Source: a phage
Assembly (NCBI GenBank): GCA_024613925.1
Contig: GCA_024613925.1_4713.1
Direction: 5' to 3' (one strand)
DNA: 64,000 bases
Positions 1 to 10,594 of this stretch are shown in pieces. Each line of letters starts with the position of its first letter. Position 1 is the first letter of the stretch. Below the pieces are notes generated by a model that was not told the origin of the DNA, ran no database searches, and saw only the letters and a program-made list of their open reading frames with translations. Both the position numbers and the translations under genes were made by a program.

Positions 1-889
1 TCACGAGCGCGCAGGCCTTAATGGTATCTTTCTCAGCCAAAAGAGCGTCAAGACCTTTAACAACATATCGTTTCCCACCGCTTTCTGGTATTTTGAGTCC
101 TTTTAACGCAGGCTTGATAGCGTAAATATAATCGTCCAGAATATCGGCAAGTGTCGTCAAATCAGTTAGTTTATTAACTTTCTTGTTAATGTCGTCAGTT
201 TGGAGTAGTAAAAAAGCGGATGCTTGTGTGGATGCCGCTAACTGCTCGATATGTTTACGAACCTCCAACGCGTTAACCATTTTTGCGTTAGGGAACATGC
301 TAATCATATTCCCGGTCGGTTTATTTAGTTGTTTGATGTGACGCTCGCCTTTATTTACAGCGGTTGCAACATCGGTAATTTTTTTATACGCTACCGCAAG
401 GTTTTTGAAAAGCAGCTGAATCAGTTTACATAACTGTTCAGCCATGTTCGCAATGATTACCCAAACTGCGTATAACGCTTGTGCTGCGCGTTCTTTAAAG
501 CCTTCCAGTACAATAGCCTGTCCTTCCACCAAACGATCGTCAGCTTGGAACATGTCTTCATCGGACATCCCCAGGTTTGCTGCTGACGTCGAAGCAATCT
601 GACGGATAAGGGCGATGTCGCTCGCACGTGCTTCCGGGATCGTAGGCGCGATCATGTACGCGGTATCTTCCAGCGTTGCTGAGGTACGCACTGCAATTTC
701 AGCCAGTTCGCTGGATTCATCGATCGTCTCGTCGGTGCGTCGAATCACCAACTCAACTTCGTCCTCTTCGATTTCTGCGTTGGGATCATTTTGCTCCGCT
801 GGAATTGTCGCAAGAAGATCTTCGGCGCTCAGCAAAGCGAGTTCGAATGCGTTTTTATTGACGTTATCAAAAAGAGAGATGCGGGCCAT
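1..889 (-). CDS. Acidic virion-associated protein, paralog A (partial; C-terminus runs off the left edge)
   Basis: Hand translation of minus strand from ATG at 889-887 (MARISLFDNVNKNAFELALLSAEDLL...) stays open to position 2; AGGAA Shine-Dalgarno upstream; N-terminus resembles the next gene (MVHIPLFATQGDISLEAFEK). Confidence 0.6.
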   Translation of the reverse strand, partial: MARISLFDNVNKNAFELALLSAEDLLATIPAEQNDPNAEIEEDEVELVIRRTDETIDESSELAEIAVRTSATLEDTAYMIAPTIPEARASDIALIRQIASTSAANLGMSDEDMFQADDRLVEGQAIVLEGFKERAAQALYAVWVIIANMAEQLCKLIQLLFKNLAVAYKKITDVATAVNKGERHIKQLNKPTGNMISMFPNAKMVNALEVRKHIEQLAASTQASAFLLLQTDDINKKVNKLTDLTTLADILDDYIYAIKPALKGLKIPESGGKRYVVKGLDALLAEKDTIKACALV

Positions 890-898
890 GTTAGTTCC

Positions 899-2215
899 TT
901 AACCTTTGGTATAAGCTTTAACGAGAGTGTTGATAAATGAGGTCAATGCACGAAGATACTGGTAAGCGAACTGGTTTTGAATACGGTTCTCTTTACCGCA
1001 AAGCAGAATCGCGCGCTTAACGAGTTTAGGATAGATCTCGACGTATGGCTGGTAGCTTGCATCAAAATTCTGCTCGTTGAAGCGTTTCATGGTGATTTCC
1101 TGGATGCGCTCCATGGTGCGAATTTTATTGCGAGAGAACATCTCAGAGAAAGCACGTCCGCGTTTTGTTACCATCAACAGATCTTTCGCGAACGTCAGTT
1201 GTCGAACGCTACGCAAATCGTCAGGTGTCGGTAGGACGTACGTTTCCGGATCGCTATCCCATTCAACATCTTCAACGACAATATCCAAGTCGAGGTAACG
1301 TTTAACCGCATCGATGATATTGTCTTTTGACGCATCGAATTCTTTCAAGAAGACTGCACCGTTGATGTAACGGATACGTTTCCCGGAAACCGTTGGAGTG
1401 ATAACGTCAGTACCTTCCACGGAACCGCGATTTTCCAGTGTCGATTTGACAGCGTGCAAGAAAGACAGATAATCAACGGGAAGTTTTTCGACCTTATCTA
1501 AATGGAAGTCGATGATGTTTAATCCTAACCCATCAATAACCGAATAACCATCCGATTTAAGGAACATCTGATTGAAGGTATCGATGTTGCTTTTCAGCGT
1601 GTCTACACCACCAACGCTGTTACGGTTAGGGAAAAGCGTCCGCCACTCCGCTTTAAACGCAACTTCTTTATTTTCCTCGTATTTGCCTTTAGGCATTTGT
1701 TCGAGGGCTGCAACGGCTTTTTGAAAATTGCGCGTCTCGTCGTAAACAAGACGGGTAAGCTTCTCGAAGGCTGCTGCCAAGGTCAGGGCAATATCAACAA
1801 TGATATCCCAGATCTTTTTCATGGCTTTTACAACGGTGTCCTTAAACCCTTCAACAACCAAAGCTTCTCCAACCTCAACACGATCGGTTGGCGTCAGCAA
1901 TGCTTCGGAGGGTAGACCCAGAGCAATCGATGCGGATTCTTGCACGTTACGAACTAATGCAACGTCACTGTAGTTAGCCGATTCGATAGTCGGAGCAACA
2001 TCAAAACTGATTTCCCGTAATGCGGCAACAGCAGGGAAAGCACGATCAAGTGCATCTTCATGTTCGTCGATTGTCGCTAAACGTAATTCAACGCCATCGG
2101 CATCGATAACTTCAGCGGTAGGCTCCACAGCAAGCGCCTCAGCAACAATAGGATCTTTTTCAAACGCCTCAAGGCTAATATCGCCTTGGGTCGCAAATAA
2201 CGGTATGTGTACCAT
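899..2215 (-). CDS. Acidic virion-associated protein, paralog B
   Basis: Track ORF 899..2239; start moved to ATG at 2215 (MVHIPLF) because GGAGA sits 6 nt upstream and the 2239 start overlaps it; paralogous to 1..889. Confidence 0.6.
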   Translation of the reverse strand: MVHIPLFATQGDISLEAFEKDPIVAEALAVEPTAEVIDADGVELRLATIDEHEDALDRAFPAVAALREISFDVAPTIESANYSDVALVRNVQESASIALGLPSEALLTPTDRVEVGEALVVEGFKDTVVKAMKKIWDIIVDIALTLAAAFEKLTRLVYDETRNFQKAVAALEQMPKGKYEENKEVAFKAEWRTLFPNRNSVGGVDTLKSNIDTFNQMFLKSDGYSVIDGLGLNIIDFHLDKVEKLPVDYLSFLHAVKSTLENRGSVEGTDVITPTVSGKRIRYINGAVFLKEFDASKDNIIDAVKRYLDLDIVVEDVEWDSDPETYVLPTPDDLRSVRQLTFAKDLLMVTKRGRAFSEMFSRNKIRTMERIQEITMKRFNEQNFDASYQPYVEIYPKLVKRAILLCGKENRIQNQFAYQYLRALTSFINTLVKAYTKG

Positions 2216-2263
2216 GTGTTGTCTCCAGTAATGATTCAAAAGATAAACCTGAGCGGCATAGAA

Positions 2264-2295
2264 CCCTCTCCCTTCCCTTACGGGTTGGGAGAGGG
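2264..2295 (-). terminator. GC-rich hairpin CCCTCTCCC..GGGAGAGGG downstream of gene 2318..3655
   Basis: 9-bp stem plus 3-bp extension, loop TTAC; weak U tract; member of repeated hairpin family. Confidence 0.4.
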
Positions 2296-2317
2296 GATAT
2301 ATCAGTTTATTAACTGA

Positions 2318-3655
2318 TTACTGCTGTGCTTTCTTTGCTTCCAGAGCTTCCTTTTTCGCGTAGTATTTCGACTGGATGTGCCCTTTCAGCATTTTAGCAA
2401 CGCCGTCCAGAACAGCGTTACCTGCCTGAACACCGTATTTCATCAGACCGACCTGCGGGTTCACGTAGCAGGAACGTGCGTCTTTCAGTGCAGACAGTAC
2501 AGCTTGAACACGCTGTTTTTCCTGAGCGGAAACATCGCCTTTCTTAGACAGATCGGCTTCCATATCGTCACCGAATTTAACAGCGTCTTTGAAGCCCTGG
2601 GATTTCTTACCGATGGTGCCTTTCAGTGCAATCAGTTTATCAGCCAGTACATCAACGCTGTGAACCGCAGCAGTCAGTTGATTCTGAGACAGAACAGGCG
2701 CTTCAACTTCTTTCGCTTCGCCGGAACGTTCCCAGGTTACTTTACCGTCGTTGGTTTTGAAACCCCAACCAGCCGGGCCAGTAACATCTGCGATCGCCGG
2801 TGCGTTCAGTTTATCAGTGTATTCGGTGTGGGACTTAGATTTGACTAACCCAACGAATTTATCAGCACGATCGTCAGCAGCCTTCATTGCTTTCTCGAAG
2901 GTGTCAGCGATTTTAGTCGCTGCGGTAACCAGATCGTCACCACCGATATAGCCAGAAACGCCGCTACCCAGAGTAACTTTGGCATTTTCAGCAACGCCAA
3001 TACTCTTGCCGATCATTTCTTTCAGTTTAGCAGCACGTGCTTTCAGTTTGGTCGCGCCGTCGAAGATGCGATCCATGAACTTCACGAAGGTTTCCCAGGA
3101 AGTTTTCAGGAAGTTCTTGATGGTTGCCCACAGTTTCTGCCACCATTTTTGTTCTTCCAGGAAGATCATGTTGGTCGCATCGTAACGGGAAGCGGAACCA
3201 CCGAAGCTTTCGAAGGACGGCATGGTTTCCGGCATTTTGAAACCGATAGTACCACACAAACGTTTCAGATTACGCATGTGTTCCTGAGCGGTTTGTGCAG
3301 ACATACCGCCGTCTTTCAGGTAGCTTTCGGTTGCAACAACGGTTTCCGTCAGTTCATCCATGGCTTCATCCATGGCTTCTGCGGTTTCGTCGTCTTTTGC
3401 AATTTCGATAACAACAGCATCAACCTGCTCGATATCACCACGAACTTCGATAGCCAGTTCGGTTTCAGCTGCGGTATCTTCAGCGATTTCAGCACGTTCG
3501 GTCAGTTCAGCCACAACGTTTTCATCCGCTGCTGCAGCATCAGCTGCCGGTTCTGCTTCAACGGTTGCCGCTGCATCCGGATCGATCTCAGCAGCCAGTT
3601 GAACCAGCTGTGCGTTAGATGGATTTGCGACAAGACGATCAAAAATAGAAGGCAT
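2318..3655 (-). CDS. Hypothetical protein with strongly acidic Ala/Glu/Asp-rich N-terminal region (scaffold or internal virion protein candidate)
   Basis: 445-aa ORF; AAAGGAAAC ribosome-binding site before ATG; low-complexity acidic N-terminus then helical-looking sequence. Confidence 0.6.
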   Translation of the reverse strand: MPSIFDRLVANPSNAQLVQLAAEIDPDAAATVEAEPAADAAAADENVVAELTERAEIAEDTAAETELAIEVRGDIEQVDAVVIEIAKDDETAEAMDEAMDELTETVVATESYLKDGGMSAQTAQEHMRNLKRLCGTIGFKMPETMPSFESFGGSASRYDATNMIFLEEQKWWQKLWATIKNFLKTSWETFVKFMDRIFDGATKLKARAAKLKEMIGKSIGVAENAKVTLGSGVSGYIGGDDLVTAATKIADTFEKAMKAADDRADKFVGLVKSKSHTEYTDKLNAPAIADVTGPAGWGFKTNDGKVTWERSGEAKEVEAPVLSQNQLTAAVHSVDVLADKLIALKGTIGKKSQGFKDAVKFGDDMEADLSKKGDVSAQEKQRVQAVLSALKDARSCYVNPQVGLMKYGVQAGNAVLDGVAKMLKGHIQSKYYAKKEALEAKKAQQ

Positions 3656-3719
3656 AATTTGTTTCCTTTACAATAAATTACACATTAGCTAATGCGGCTT
3701 AAGTGAACCGTCAGCTCAC

Positions 3720-4250
3720 TTAAAAGCCCTTAAAACCCGGTGCCATAGGTTGCCCAAACACCGCATTCAAAGTACATATGATGTCCTGGATGCCATTGTC
3801 CCAATGGAGCCAAGTACGCACCATCTCTTCGTCTGACAACGTGATATAACTCATAAGTTTACCGCTGCTTTCCAGACGTTGGTGCGAACTTAACGACTGA
3901 CGATCCGACCAGTTATCAATCAATTGACCCGCAATCTGAACGTTCGTGTCTCGTCTACCCGTGTGAATGAACCGTAGTGTATCACGGATAAACTCCAGAC
4001 TGGTGAAGTTCAGATTTGGGTTATGGCTGTTCATTTCCACCCAATCGGTGATAGGGTACATCAAACGATAAAGGGTAGAAAGAACCTGACGTTCATATTT
4101 CCAGTCATCGAGAGGAGTACCGTCGACCAGACGCTGATACAAACTAACAACGTCGCGATCGTAGTTCTCCTGGCGTTTTACACCGTTAACCGGAAATCCA
4201 AAGAACCCGGTACCGTATAACGTTAAAGGGACGTCACGAAGTGCATTCAT
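3720..4250 (-). CDS. Hypothetical protein
   Basis: 176-aa ORF; 4-bp overlap (ATGA-type coupling) with upstream gene. Confidence 0.5.
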   Translation of the reverse strand: MNALRDVPLTLYGTGFFGFPVNGVKRQENYDRDVVSLYQRLVDGTPLDDWKYERQVLSTLYRLMYPITDWVEMNSHNPNLNFTSLEFIRDTLRFIHTGRRDTNVQIAGQLIDNWSDRQSLSSHQRLESSGKLMSYITLSDEEMVRTWLHWDNGIQDIICTLNAVFGQPMAPGFKGF

Positions 4251-5149
4251 ACAGCTGCCTCTTCTTTTCGTTTAATATCATAACGAAGTTTCTTCAGTCG
4301 CTCTTCGTGATATTCGATCTGCTGCTGGATTTTTGGATCGTTGCCTGCATTCTGTTGCTTTTGCTTCAGTGACAAAATCCAATACTCCAACGCTTGGGCT
4401 TCTTCTTTGGCTGCTTGTAACGACGCTTCTTCACGTTCGCTGCGCCAGATGCGATAACGGTAAATAAGCGTGTTGGTCATTTGAGTGTCGGACCATGAAC
4501 CCATACGCATCGGGTCAGTATTACCTGCGTTGTACAATCCATTACCAACACCGTCTTCATCAGAAACCACAACATCCGGGATTTTATCCAACCCAGCAAG
4601 GATCTGTTGTTTCTGTCCACACAGCACCTCGGTGGCGATGGCGAAACCGTACATGTTGGCGGTCAGGTAAGCAATCTCGTTTTTGGTGAAGAACTCACCA
4701 AGTGCTTTATCACCACCTGGCATGCTTTCGCAGATGACCGTCGCACGAAGCAGCGTACGAGCGTAGCTAACGTAGAAGCCCAGGGACTCAACAAGACGTA
4801 CCAGAGCGGCTTCTTTGAAACTTAGGCCGTCAGCAGCAACATCGATTTCCAGGTTTTTGTTAACACGTTTAACAATTTCTGGAATCAGGTCAACAGCATT
4901 ACGTAGCGCTAAGTGAACGTTTTCTACCCAGCTTCCAGAGCGAACGCGGGTTAAACGCTGGTGAAGATCCTTATCGGCAAGTTTCCATAAGGCGCTTTCA
5001 CCCTTTTGGAGAAGCGAAGCGGATGTCTCGTAGTAAGGAATCGCGGTGTTGTTGATTTCGTCACGGATTGATTCAAGTGCGTCAGCAACACCGGTGCGTT
5101 TAAAAAGCGGCTTCAAACCGCGAATGAATTCTTTAAAATCGATTGCCAT
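4247..5149 (-). CDS. Hypothetical protein, Lys/Glu-rich coiled-coil-like C-terminus
   Basis: 300-aa ORF in minus-strand operon. Confidence 0.55.
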   Translation of the reverse strand: MAIDFKEFIRGLKPLFKRTGVADALESIRDEINNTAIPYYETSASLLQKGESALWKLADKDLHQRLTRVRSGSWVENVHLALRNAVDLIPEIVKRVNKNLEIDVAADGLSFKEAALVRLVESLGFYVSYARTLLRATVICESMPGGDKALGEFFTKNEIAYLTANMYGFAIATEVLCGQKQQILAGLDKIPDVVVSDEDGVGNGLYNAGNTDPMRMGSWSDTQMTNTLIYRYRIWRSEREEASLQAAKEEAQALEYWILSLKQKQQNAGNDPKIQQQIEYHEERLKKLRYDIKRKEEAAV

Positions 5150-5188
5150 GAGTGAGCACCTATGCTATTTCGAAACAGGTTGCGTGTA

Positions 5189-6295
5189 TTAACGAATCTG
5201 TGGGACGTTTCCGGTACGGAGCGCCTGGAGGATCGTCAGAAGATCGGAACCCGAGGTTGACGAACTGTTGGATTTTTCCAGTTGCTTGAAGCTTACGGTG
5301 GTCCCTTGATCCAAGCTGTGGAAATAGAAGGTCACCATCTCTTCAGCTTCGTCGATGATGATCAACTGCATTGCGAGGGCTTCAGCCATGACTTTCTGAC
5401 GTGTGGTATAGTCAGATAAACGACGTCCGATCTTACGCTCGATGGCTTCCTGGTTAGCCTTAGAGATGATATAGGTGGAGGCGATGGCTCCAGAAGAAGG
5501 GATCTTTGTGCTCGCTGCAGCTTTTGCGGCATTGATGCGCGCAGCATTAACAGCCTTACGGATACCCTCTTTATCCATGCGTGAGATTCGTTTGTGTTCA
5601 CGAACCAGATCGCTAAGCAGGATCATATCGCTCCAGAAAGACAGCTCACCGGCCATCATGCGATGCCAACGTGCTCGCCAGGTGTTCTGTGGACCGCCGA
5701 TCGCTAAAATCGACGCAAGCACTTCCGCTGGTGAACTTGCGATACGCATGCTGATATTCAGCGGCATTTTCATCGTTGCCTGACCATCGGTCAGCGTCAC
5801 GGTTAAGAACTTCCCGGTGACCGCATTCGCATCTTTGTTCAGCAATTCGATCGCCGCGTCGCTGGCTCCAACATCGAGGCTATTTTTTTGTTTCCCCTGC
5901 AGGTTGAATCCTTTGCCGTCAAGGAAAACAAGGCTTTTGCTATCCGCACTTTCCAGCGCTAATTTAATAGCCTTATCCGTCAGGTTAGCGTTACGGTTTG
6001 GATTCACGCGACCCAGCGTTTTATCGACACTGATATTACCCACCTGCATGATGGTGTTCAACGCCAGTAAATAGAACCCGGTATACATGTTTTCAGCGGT
6101 GCGCATGCAGTTGCCTAACGCATTGCGTGCGTCGCTATAATACAACTCACGTTCAAAGATCAGCGGTGCGATAACGCGTGAAGGTTGTGAGAGTTCAACC
6201 AGCGAACCTGGCTGGATAAGTTTATTAACTTCGTAGACTTTAGCGATACCGGACGCAACAACGTTAACAGCGTCGGCAATTTCTGATGCTACCAT
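5189..6295 (-). CDS. Hypothetical structural protein (capsid-related candidate, unverified)
   Basis: 368-aa ORF with AAGGA ribosome-binding site; no diagnostic motif recognised. Confidence 0.5.
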   Translation of the reverse strand: MVASEIADAVNVVASGIAKVYEVNKLIQPGSLVELSQPSRVIAPLIFERELYYSDARNALGNCMRTAENMYTGFYLLALNTIMQVGNISVDKTLGRVNPNRNANLTDKAIKLALESADSKSLVFLDGKGFNLQGKQKNSLDVGASDAAIELLNKDANAVTGKFLTVTLTDGQATMKMPLNISMRIASSPAEVLASILAIGGPQNTWRARWHRMMAGELSFWSDMILLSDLVREHKRISRMDKEGIRKAVNAARINAAKAAASTKIPSSGAIASTYIISKANQEAIERKIGRRLSDYTTRQKVMAEALAMQLIIIDEAEEMVTFYFHSLDQGTTVSFKQLEKSNSSSTSGSDLLTILQALRTGNVPQIR

Positions 6296-6329
6296 ATTGA
6301 AATCCTTATTTACAAATAAAGGAAAGAAA

Positions 6330-7535
6330 ATGTCTAATTACTACGACCAAGCTATTCAAACCATTCAGGAGAATAATGCGTCGTTAACACCCGAAGCTGT
6401 GGAGGCAGCGGGCAATGCGGTGTTATTCACTGATTCGGATTGGGCAATAGCGCGGAAGAATATTCGTACCAGTGTCGGTCAAGGGACATACGAGGACAGT
6501 ATCGCCAGACGGTATCGGAATGTTTCACCTATTCCAGGGAACAGCCCGATTCCGATTAACCGCGATCATGCCGGTATTACCTTCTTCACACGACCTAATT
6601 TACATCTTACCGACGCGAACTTAAAACGAGATCGACGTTTGTGGTCGTTACGCACGGATAACCCTAACAGTATTCAGGCTGTTGTCCGCGACTACTTGGA
6701 CCCTGTGGGTGCCAGAAAGCGGAACCATCGAGGACGTGCCATCGTCGATGAGCGCAATCCATTCATAAGTATACTGACGGACAACCTGACGGATATCAGC
6801 GGTTTCAATGACATGGAAATGCAGGTCTATCAGGGCAAACCGGGATTACGCCAAGAAACCGTTGTGATGGCTGACGGTTCAGTGGATATGTTTCAACCCT
6901 ATAACCTGAACGCGACGTTCAAGAACATCATGGGTAACCCCATCATGTTCCTTCATTATATTTGGTTGATTTACATCGCTGGTGTGCATAATGGCGAACT
7001 GACGCCAAGCCCTCAGGCCATCATCGATAACGAAATGGATTACTGGACAAGATGTTATCGTATCATCTTGGATCCGACTGGGATGTATGTTCGTTATATC
7101 TTCGCACCGACCGCGATGTTTCCTGTCGGGTTACCGATCGGTAATATGGCTAACTACAGCATCGATAAACCCTTCACGCAGGATAACGAACGTATCACTA
7201 TCCCATACCAAGCGGTTGGTAATAACGCATTCGATGAAATTCTGAAGGATGAATTCAATCGACTTGTCTTGATGTTCTATTACGGTGAGAACGATACCCG
7301 TACGTTCCTTGAAGATGAGGAGTTGGTACCTATCTCACCCTACGAACGTCGAATCATGTCGTATCGTGTCGATATGTATCCATTTATTCATCCGTTGACC
7401 TCAGAGCTTCTTTGGTTCGTACCCGCTGATGATTACAACGAATTCTATCTGGATCTTGAGCCGTCGGCGTTACCACCGGATACGTTCAGTCGCGATCTTG
7501 TCCGAACCACCATTCCGCAAAATTACGAGGGATAA
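6330..7535 (+). CDS. Hypothetical protein
   Basis: Track ORF 6297..7535 begins with TTG; ATG at 6330 preceded by AAGGAAAGAAA is the better start. Confidence 0.6.
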   Translation: MSNYYDQAIQTIQENNASLTPEAVEAAGNAVLFTDSDWAIARKNIRTSVGQGTYEDSIARRYRNVSPIPGNSPIPINRDHAGITFFTRPNLHLTDANLKRDRRLWSLRTDNPNSIQAVVRDYLDPVGARKRNHRGRAIVDERNPFISILTDNLTDISGFNDMEMQVYQGKPGLRQETVVMADGSVDMFQPYNLNATFKNIMGNPIMFLHYIWLIYIAGVHNGELTPSPQAIIDNEMDYWTRCYRIILDPTGMYVRYIFAPTAMFPVGLPIGNMANYSIDKPFTQDNERITIPYQAVGNNAFDEILKDEFNRLVLMFYYGENDTRTFLEDEELVPISPYERRIMSYRVDMYPFIHPLTSELLWFVPADDYNEFYLDLEPSALPPDTFSRDLVRTTIPQNYEG

Positions 7536-7538
7536 TAA

Positions 7539-10532
7539 ATGAGCGTAACCAACAAAGATCTTGCTGAACAGCTCAATCGCTATATGCTTTCACCTATTGA
7601 AATGCAGGCTGTTGCAAGCGATATGATTCGTTTGGCCTCTGATGGCGAGTTAACCCTGGTTGACCCCAGCTGTCCGTTTGTTTATCTGCTGGAGGTTGCA
7701 ACAGCAACGGCGGCGAACCAGAACGCACGAGATGAGTCCCGTGTTCGCGAACTGTATCCGAAGCTTGCAACCAACTGGAGCCAGCTCTATCGTTGGATGT
7801 ATGACGAGTCGTACGTCGGACGTTTCGCAATGCCGGGTAAAACGGAAATCATTTATTCGTTAGGGTATCAGGAAATCCTCGACCGGGCTGTAGAGATTCC
7901 CAACACCATCGCCTCCGATGATTTAAGCCGTTCTTACAGCCGTAAGTTAGTGATACCACGTACGACGGCGTTTACGGTAGCCGGAATGGATTTCGGGTTG
8001 CATTATCCCATCGAAATCCAAGTACAGGCGCACGATCAGATACGCGTTGTTTATAACACCGATAACATCAGCCCGTTGCAAACCTTGGAGAGTAACCAAG
8101 TTGAGTACGGGGTTGTTCGCGTAAAAGCGGGTAAAGTGTTGGTGATGCGTATCCCGCTGTTCCAGTTTAAAACGCTGGTAAAAGATGTGCCGTTTAACAG
8201 CGTTCACGGGATGAACAGCAGCATTACCTTCGAAGATCAGTTTTACCATTGTCGTGCGTACATGTCGTCGGACAACGATACCTGGACGGAGATAGCGACA
8301 ACACACAGCCAGCAGATCTACGATCCGTTAACACCAACCATCGCGTTACAAGTAGAAGGGAACAAACTGAACTGGCGTGTTCCTGAAATTTATTTGTCTC
8401 AAGGTACGATGGATAAAAGCACCATTCGACTTGAGGTGTTGACGACGAAAGGGAAAATCAGCGTCGACCCGTCTGATTACGACGTGACCGATTGGAAAGA
8501 TAACTACATCGATTTGTCGCCAAAAGCCGAACAGAAATACAGTGCGCCGCTAAGTGCGTTCAATATTAAAGGGATTTATAGTGAAGGGGCATTGTCGGGT
8601 GGACGATCTGCGTTAACGTTCGAGGAACAACGTGAACGCGTTATGGCGGGCGTGAACAAAACCAAGGTGCCGATCACAGGAACGCAGGTAGAGCTGGTGC
8701 TTCAAGATGCGGGTTATGGGATGGTGACCACCATCGATAACGTAACCAATCGTTCGTTCCTGGCAACCCGAGATTTACCGCAATTGAGCGACAGCGTGCC
8801 GCAAGCCGGTTCGTTGATGGGGTCTTTCTATACGTCAGCCGCAGCATTGGTGAAAAGTAAGTTTGTCGCTGATAACGGCGATCGTATTACGATTAAACCG
8901 GATTGCTTGTATCGTGACAGTAACGGAAGTATCGCGCTGTTGTCGGACGATGAAATTGACCGTATTAATGCAGGCAACTCCGATGCGAAGTTGAACGCGG
9001 TAAACAACACCATGTTGTTTTACAGTCCGTTTCATTACGTATTAGACGCAACAAGCGATTTCGACATCCATGCTTATTACCTGGATGCCCCTAAGATCGG
9101 CACACAAGCATTCCTCGACGCGAACGAGACAATCCCGTTAACCGCTATGGTGACCGGATACCGTCTGGATCGTATCGCTGAAGGATATCGTCTAAGCCTC
9201 ATTGTAGAAGGTAACGACGCATGGAAGGCGCTCGACGATAAAAACGTGCACATCCAGCTGGGGTTCAATCCGCGGGGTGAGGGCGATTATGCGACGATGT
9301 TGGCGTCACCGACAACCGATGAACAAGGTCGTCGTTTGTTCACCTTCGATATCACCACGAATTATGATTTTACGCGGATCCTGGCCGATGATTCCACGGC
9401 GTATGAACCGTATATCGCACTGACTTCGTTCTCGATGTATGAATCAACACCGCGGGATTATTGGGCATCACTGCAGCAGTATTTGGAAATCTTCCATGTG
9501 GTGACGGATTACGCACCGGAAGATGTCGACGGTATTTTACACAGTGCTTCCGATAATTACCTGGTTAAGAAACTTACGCTTCAAAATGGGTATTGTTTCT
9601 ACCGTGAACGTCTCACCGCAACCTTTGGTTATGATCTGGATGGCCTTTGGATGCGTTCTCGTACGGTGGCCTCGGAGATCACGTATAAACGTTACACCGA
9701 GAACATCCCGTGGGTGTATGACGAAGACATTCCAGCGACGGATGAGACCGGTTCGGTTATCATCGAGCAAGGTGATGATGGTACGTTGTCGGTTAAATAT
9801 CTGCATCGTAAAGGTGACCCGAAATTAAACAGTGATGGAAGCCAAGCCTATCGTTATCTGAAAGGCGACATCATGAAAGATAATTACGGTAATCCGATCC
9901 CTGTCGATGAACGTGAGGTTCTGCGTAACCTGGACATGTTCTTTATCGATGCGTCGTATCTGCTCGCGAACGATACGGACGTGATTGACTATCGTAACAC
10001 GATTCCTACACAGCTTATTGAGTGGATTCAGAACGATATCAGCACGTTCAGGAATTTCTGTTATGAGGAAACAGCGATTTCACTGTATCCTAAGCAATCG
10101 CTGGGGTATGTGGATGTTATTGTGGAAAACGGATTGGAAACAACGCTTCCTGCTGCCTTATCGTTCAACGTGACGCTTTACTTACCGGCTAAGCAATACG
10201 CAGACTTGGATCTACGTCAAGTCCTTCAAGCGATGGTATCGAAAGTCATCAATGAATGTTTAACATCCCGTACGGTGGCTAAAGCAGAAATGATCGCGAT
10301 GATTCGTGAAGAGGGTGGTGACGACATCCTGAACGTTGAAATCGATGATTTTGGACCAGGTAAGAACCTCAGTGTTTATACCGCGAAGAACGATGGTGTT
10401 CGTTGTGCGGTGAAGAAAGAGCTTTATGTGAAAGCGGATGGTATCTTGTCCGTACGCGAAGCGATTGATGTGAATTTTGTGAAACACGCACAAAGCAACA
10501 GTTCAGCGCTAGCGCAAGGCCTTCGTGTCTAA
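7539..10532 (+). CDS. Large hypothetical protein (997 aa)
   Basis: Long ORF, GAGGGA ribosome-binding site, immediately follows 6330..7535. Confidence 0.6.
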   Translation: MSVTNKDLAEQLNRYMLSPIEMQAVASDMIRLASDGELTLVDPSCPFVYLLEVATATAANQNARDESRVRELYPKLATNWSQLYRWMYDESYVGRFAMPGKTEIIYSLGYQEILDRAVEIPNTIASDDLSRSYSRKLVIPRTTAFTVAGMDFGLHYPIEIQVQAHDQIRVVYNTDNISPLQTLESNQVEYGVVRVKAGKVLVMRIPLFQFKTLVKDVPFNSVHGMNSSITFEDQFYHCRAYMSSDNDTWTEIATTHSQQIYDPLTPTIALQVEGNKLNWRVPEIYLSQGTMDKSTIRLEVLTTKGKISVDPSDYDVTDWKDNYIDLSPKAEQKYSAPLSAFNIKGIYSEGALSGGRSALTFEEQRERVMAGVNKTKVPITGTQVELVLQDAGYGMVTTIDNVTNRSFLATRDLPQLSDSVPQAGSLMGSFYTSAAALVKSKFVADNGDRITIKPDCLYRDSNGSIALLSDDEIDRINAGNSDAKLNAVNNTMLFYSPFHYVLDATSDFDIHAYYLDAPKIGTQAFLDANETIPLTAMVTGYRLDRIAEGYRLSLIVEGNDAWKALDDKNVHIQLGFNPRGEGDYATMLASPTTDEQGRRLFTFDITTNYDFTRILADDSTAYEPYIALTSFSMYESTPRDYWASLQQYLEIFHVVTDYAPEDVDGILHSASDNYLVKKLTLQNGYCFYRERLTATFGYDLDGLWMRSRTVASEITYKRYTENIPWVYDEDIPATDETGSVIIEQGDDGTLSVKYLHRKGDPKLNSDGSQAYRYLKGDIMKDNYGNPIPVDEREVLRNLDMFFIDASYLLANDTDVIDYRNTIPTQLIEWIQNDISTFRNFCYEETAISLYPKQSLGYVDVIVENGLETTLPAALSFNVTLYLPAKQYADLDLRQVLQAMVSKVINECLTSRTVAKAEMIAMIREEGGDDILNVEIDDFGPGKNLSVYTAKNDGVRCAVKKELYVKADGILSVREAIDVNFVKHAQSNSSALAQGLRV

Positions 10533-10553
10533 AACAAAATAGCATGAGCATAA

Positions 10554-10585
10554 CCCTCCTCCTTCCCTGATGGGAAGGAGGAGGG
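10554..10585. terminator. Bidirectional hairpin between convergent genes
   Basis: Perfect 14-bp stem CCCTCCTCCTTCCC/GGGAAGGAGGAGGG, loop TGAT, flanked by GCATAA/ATATGC. Confidence 0.5.
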
Positions 10586-10594
10586 AATATGCTG

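Noticed and set aside
3360-3602. Plus-strand ORF encoding an Ala/Ser-rich low-complexity protein
   Set aside because: It is the antisense reading of the Glu/Asp/Ala-rich part of minus gene 2318..3655; same for other plus ORFs inside minus genes (615..902, 2378..2848, 3149..3676)
6297-6329. TTG start for gene 6297..7535
   Set aside because: An ATG at 6330 has a proper AAGGA ribosome-binding site; the TTG start would leave a 1-bp gap to the divergent gene and has no Shine-Dalgarno
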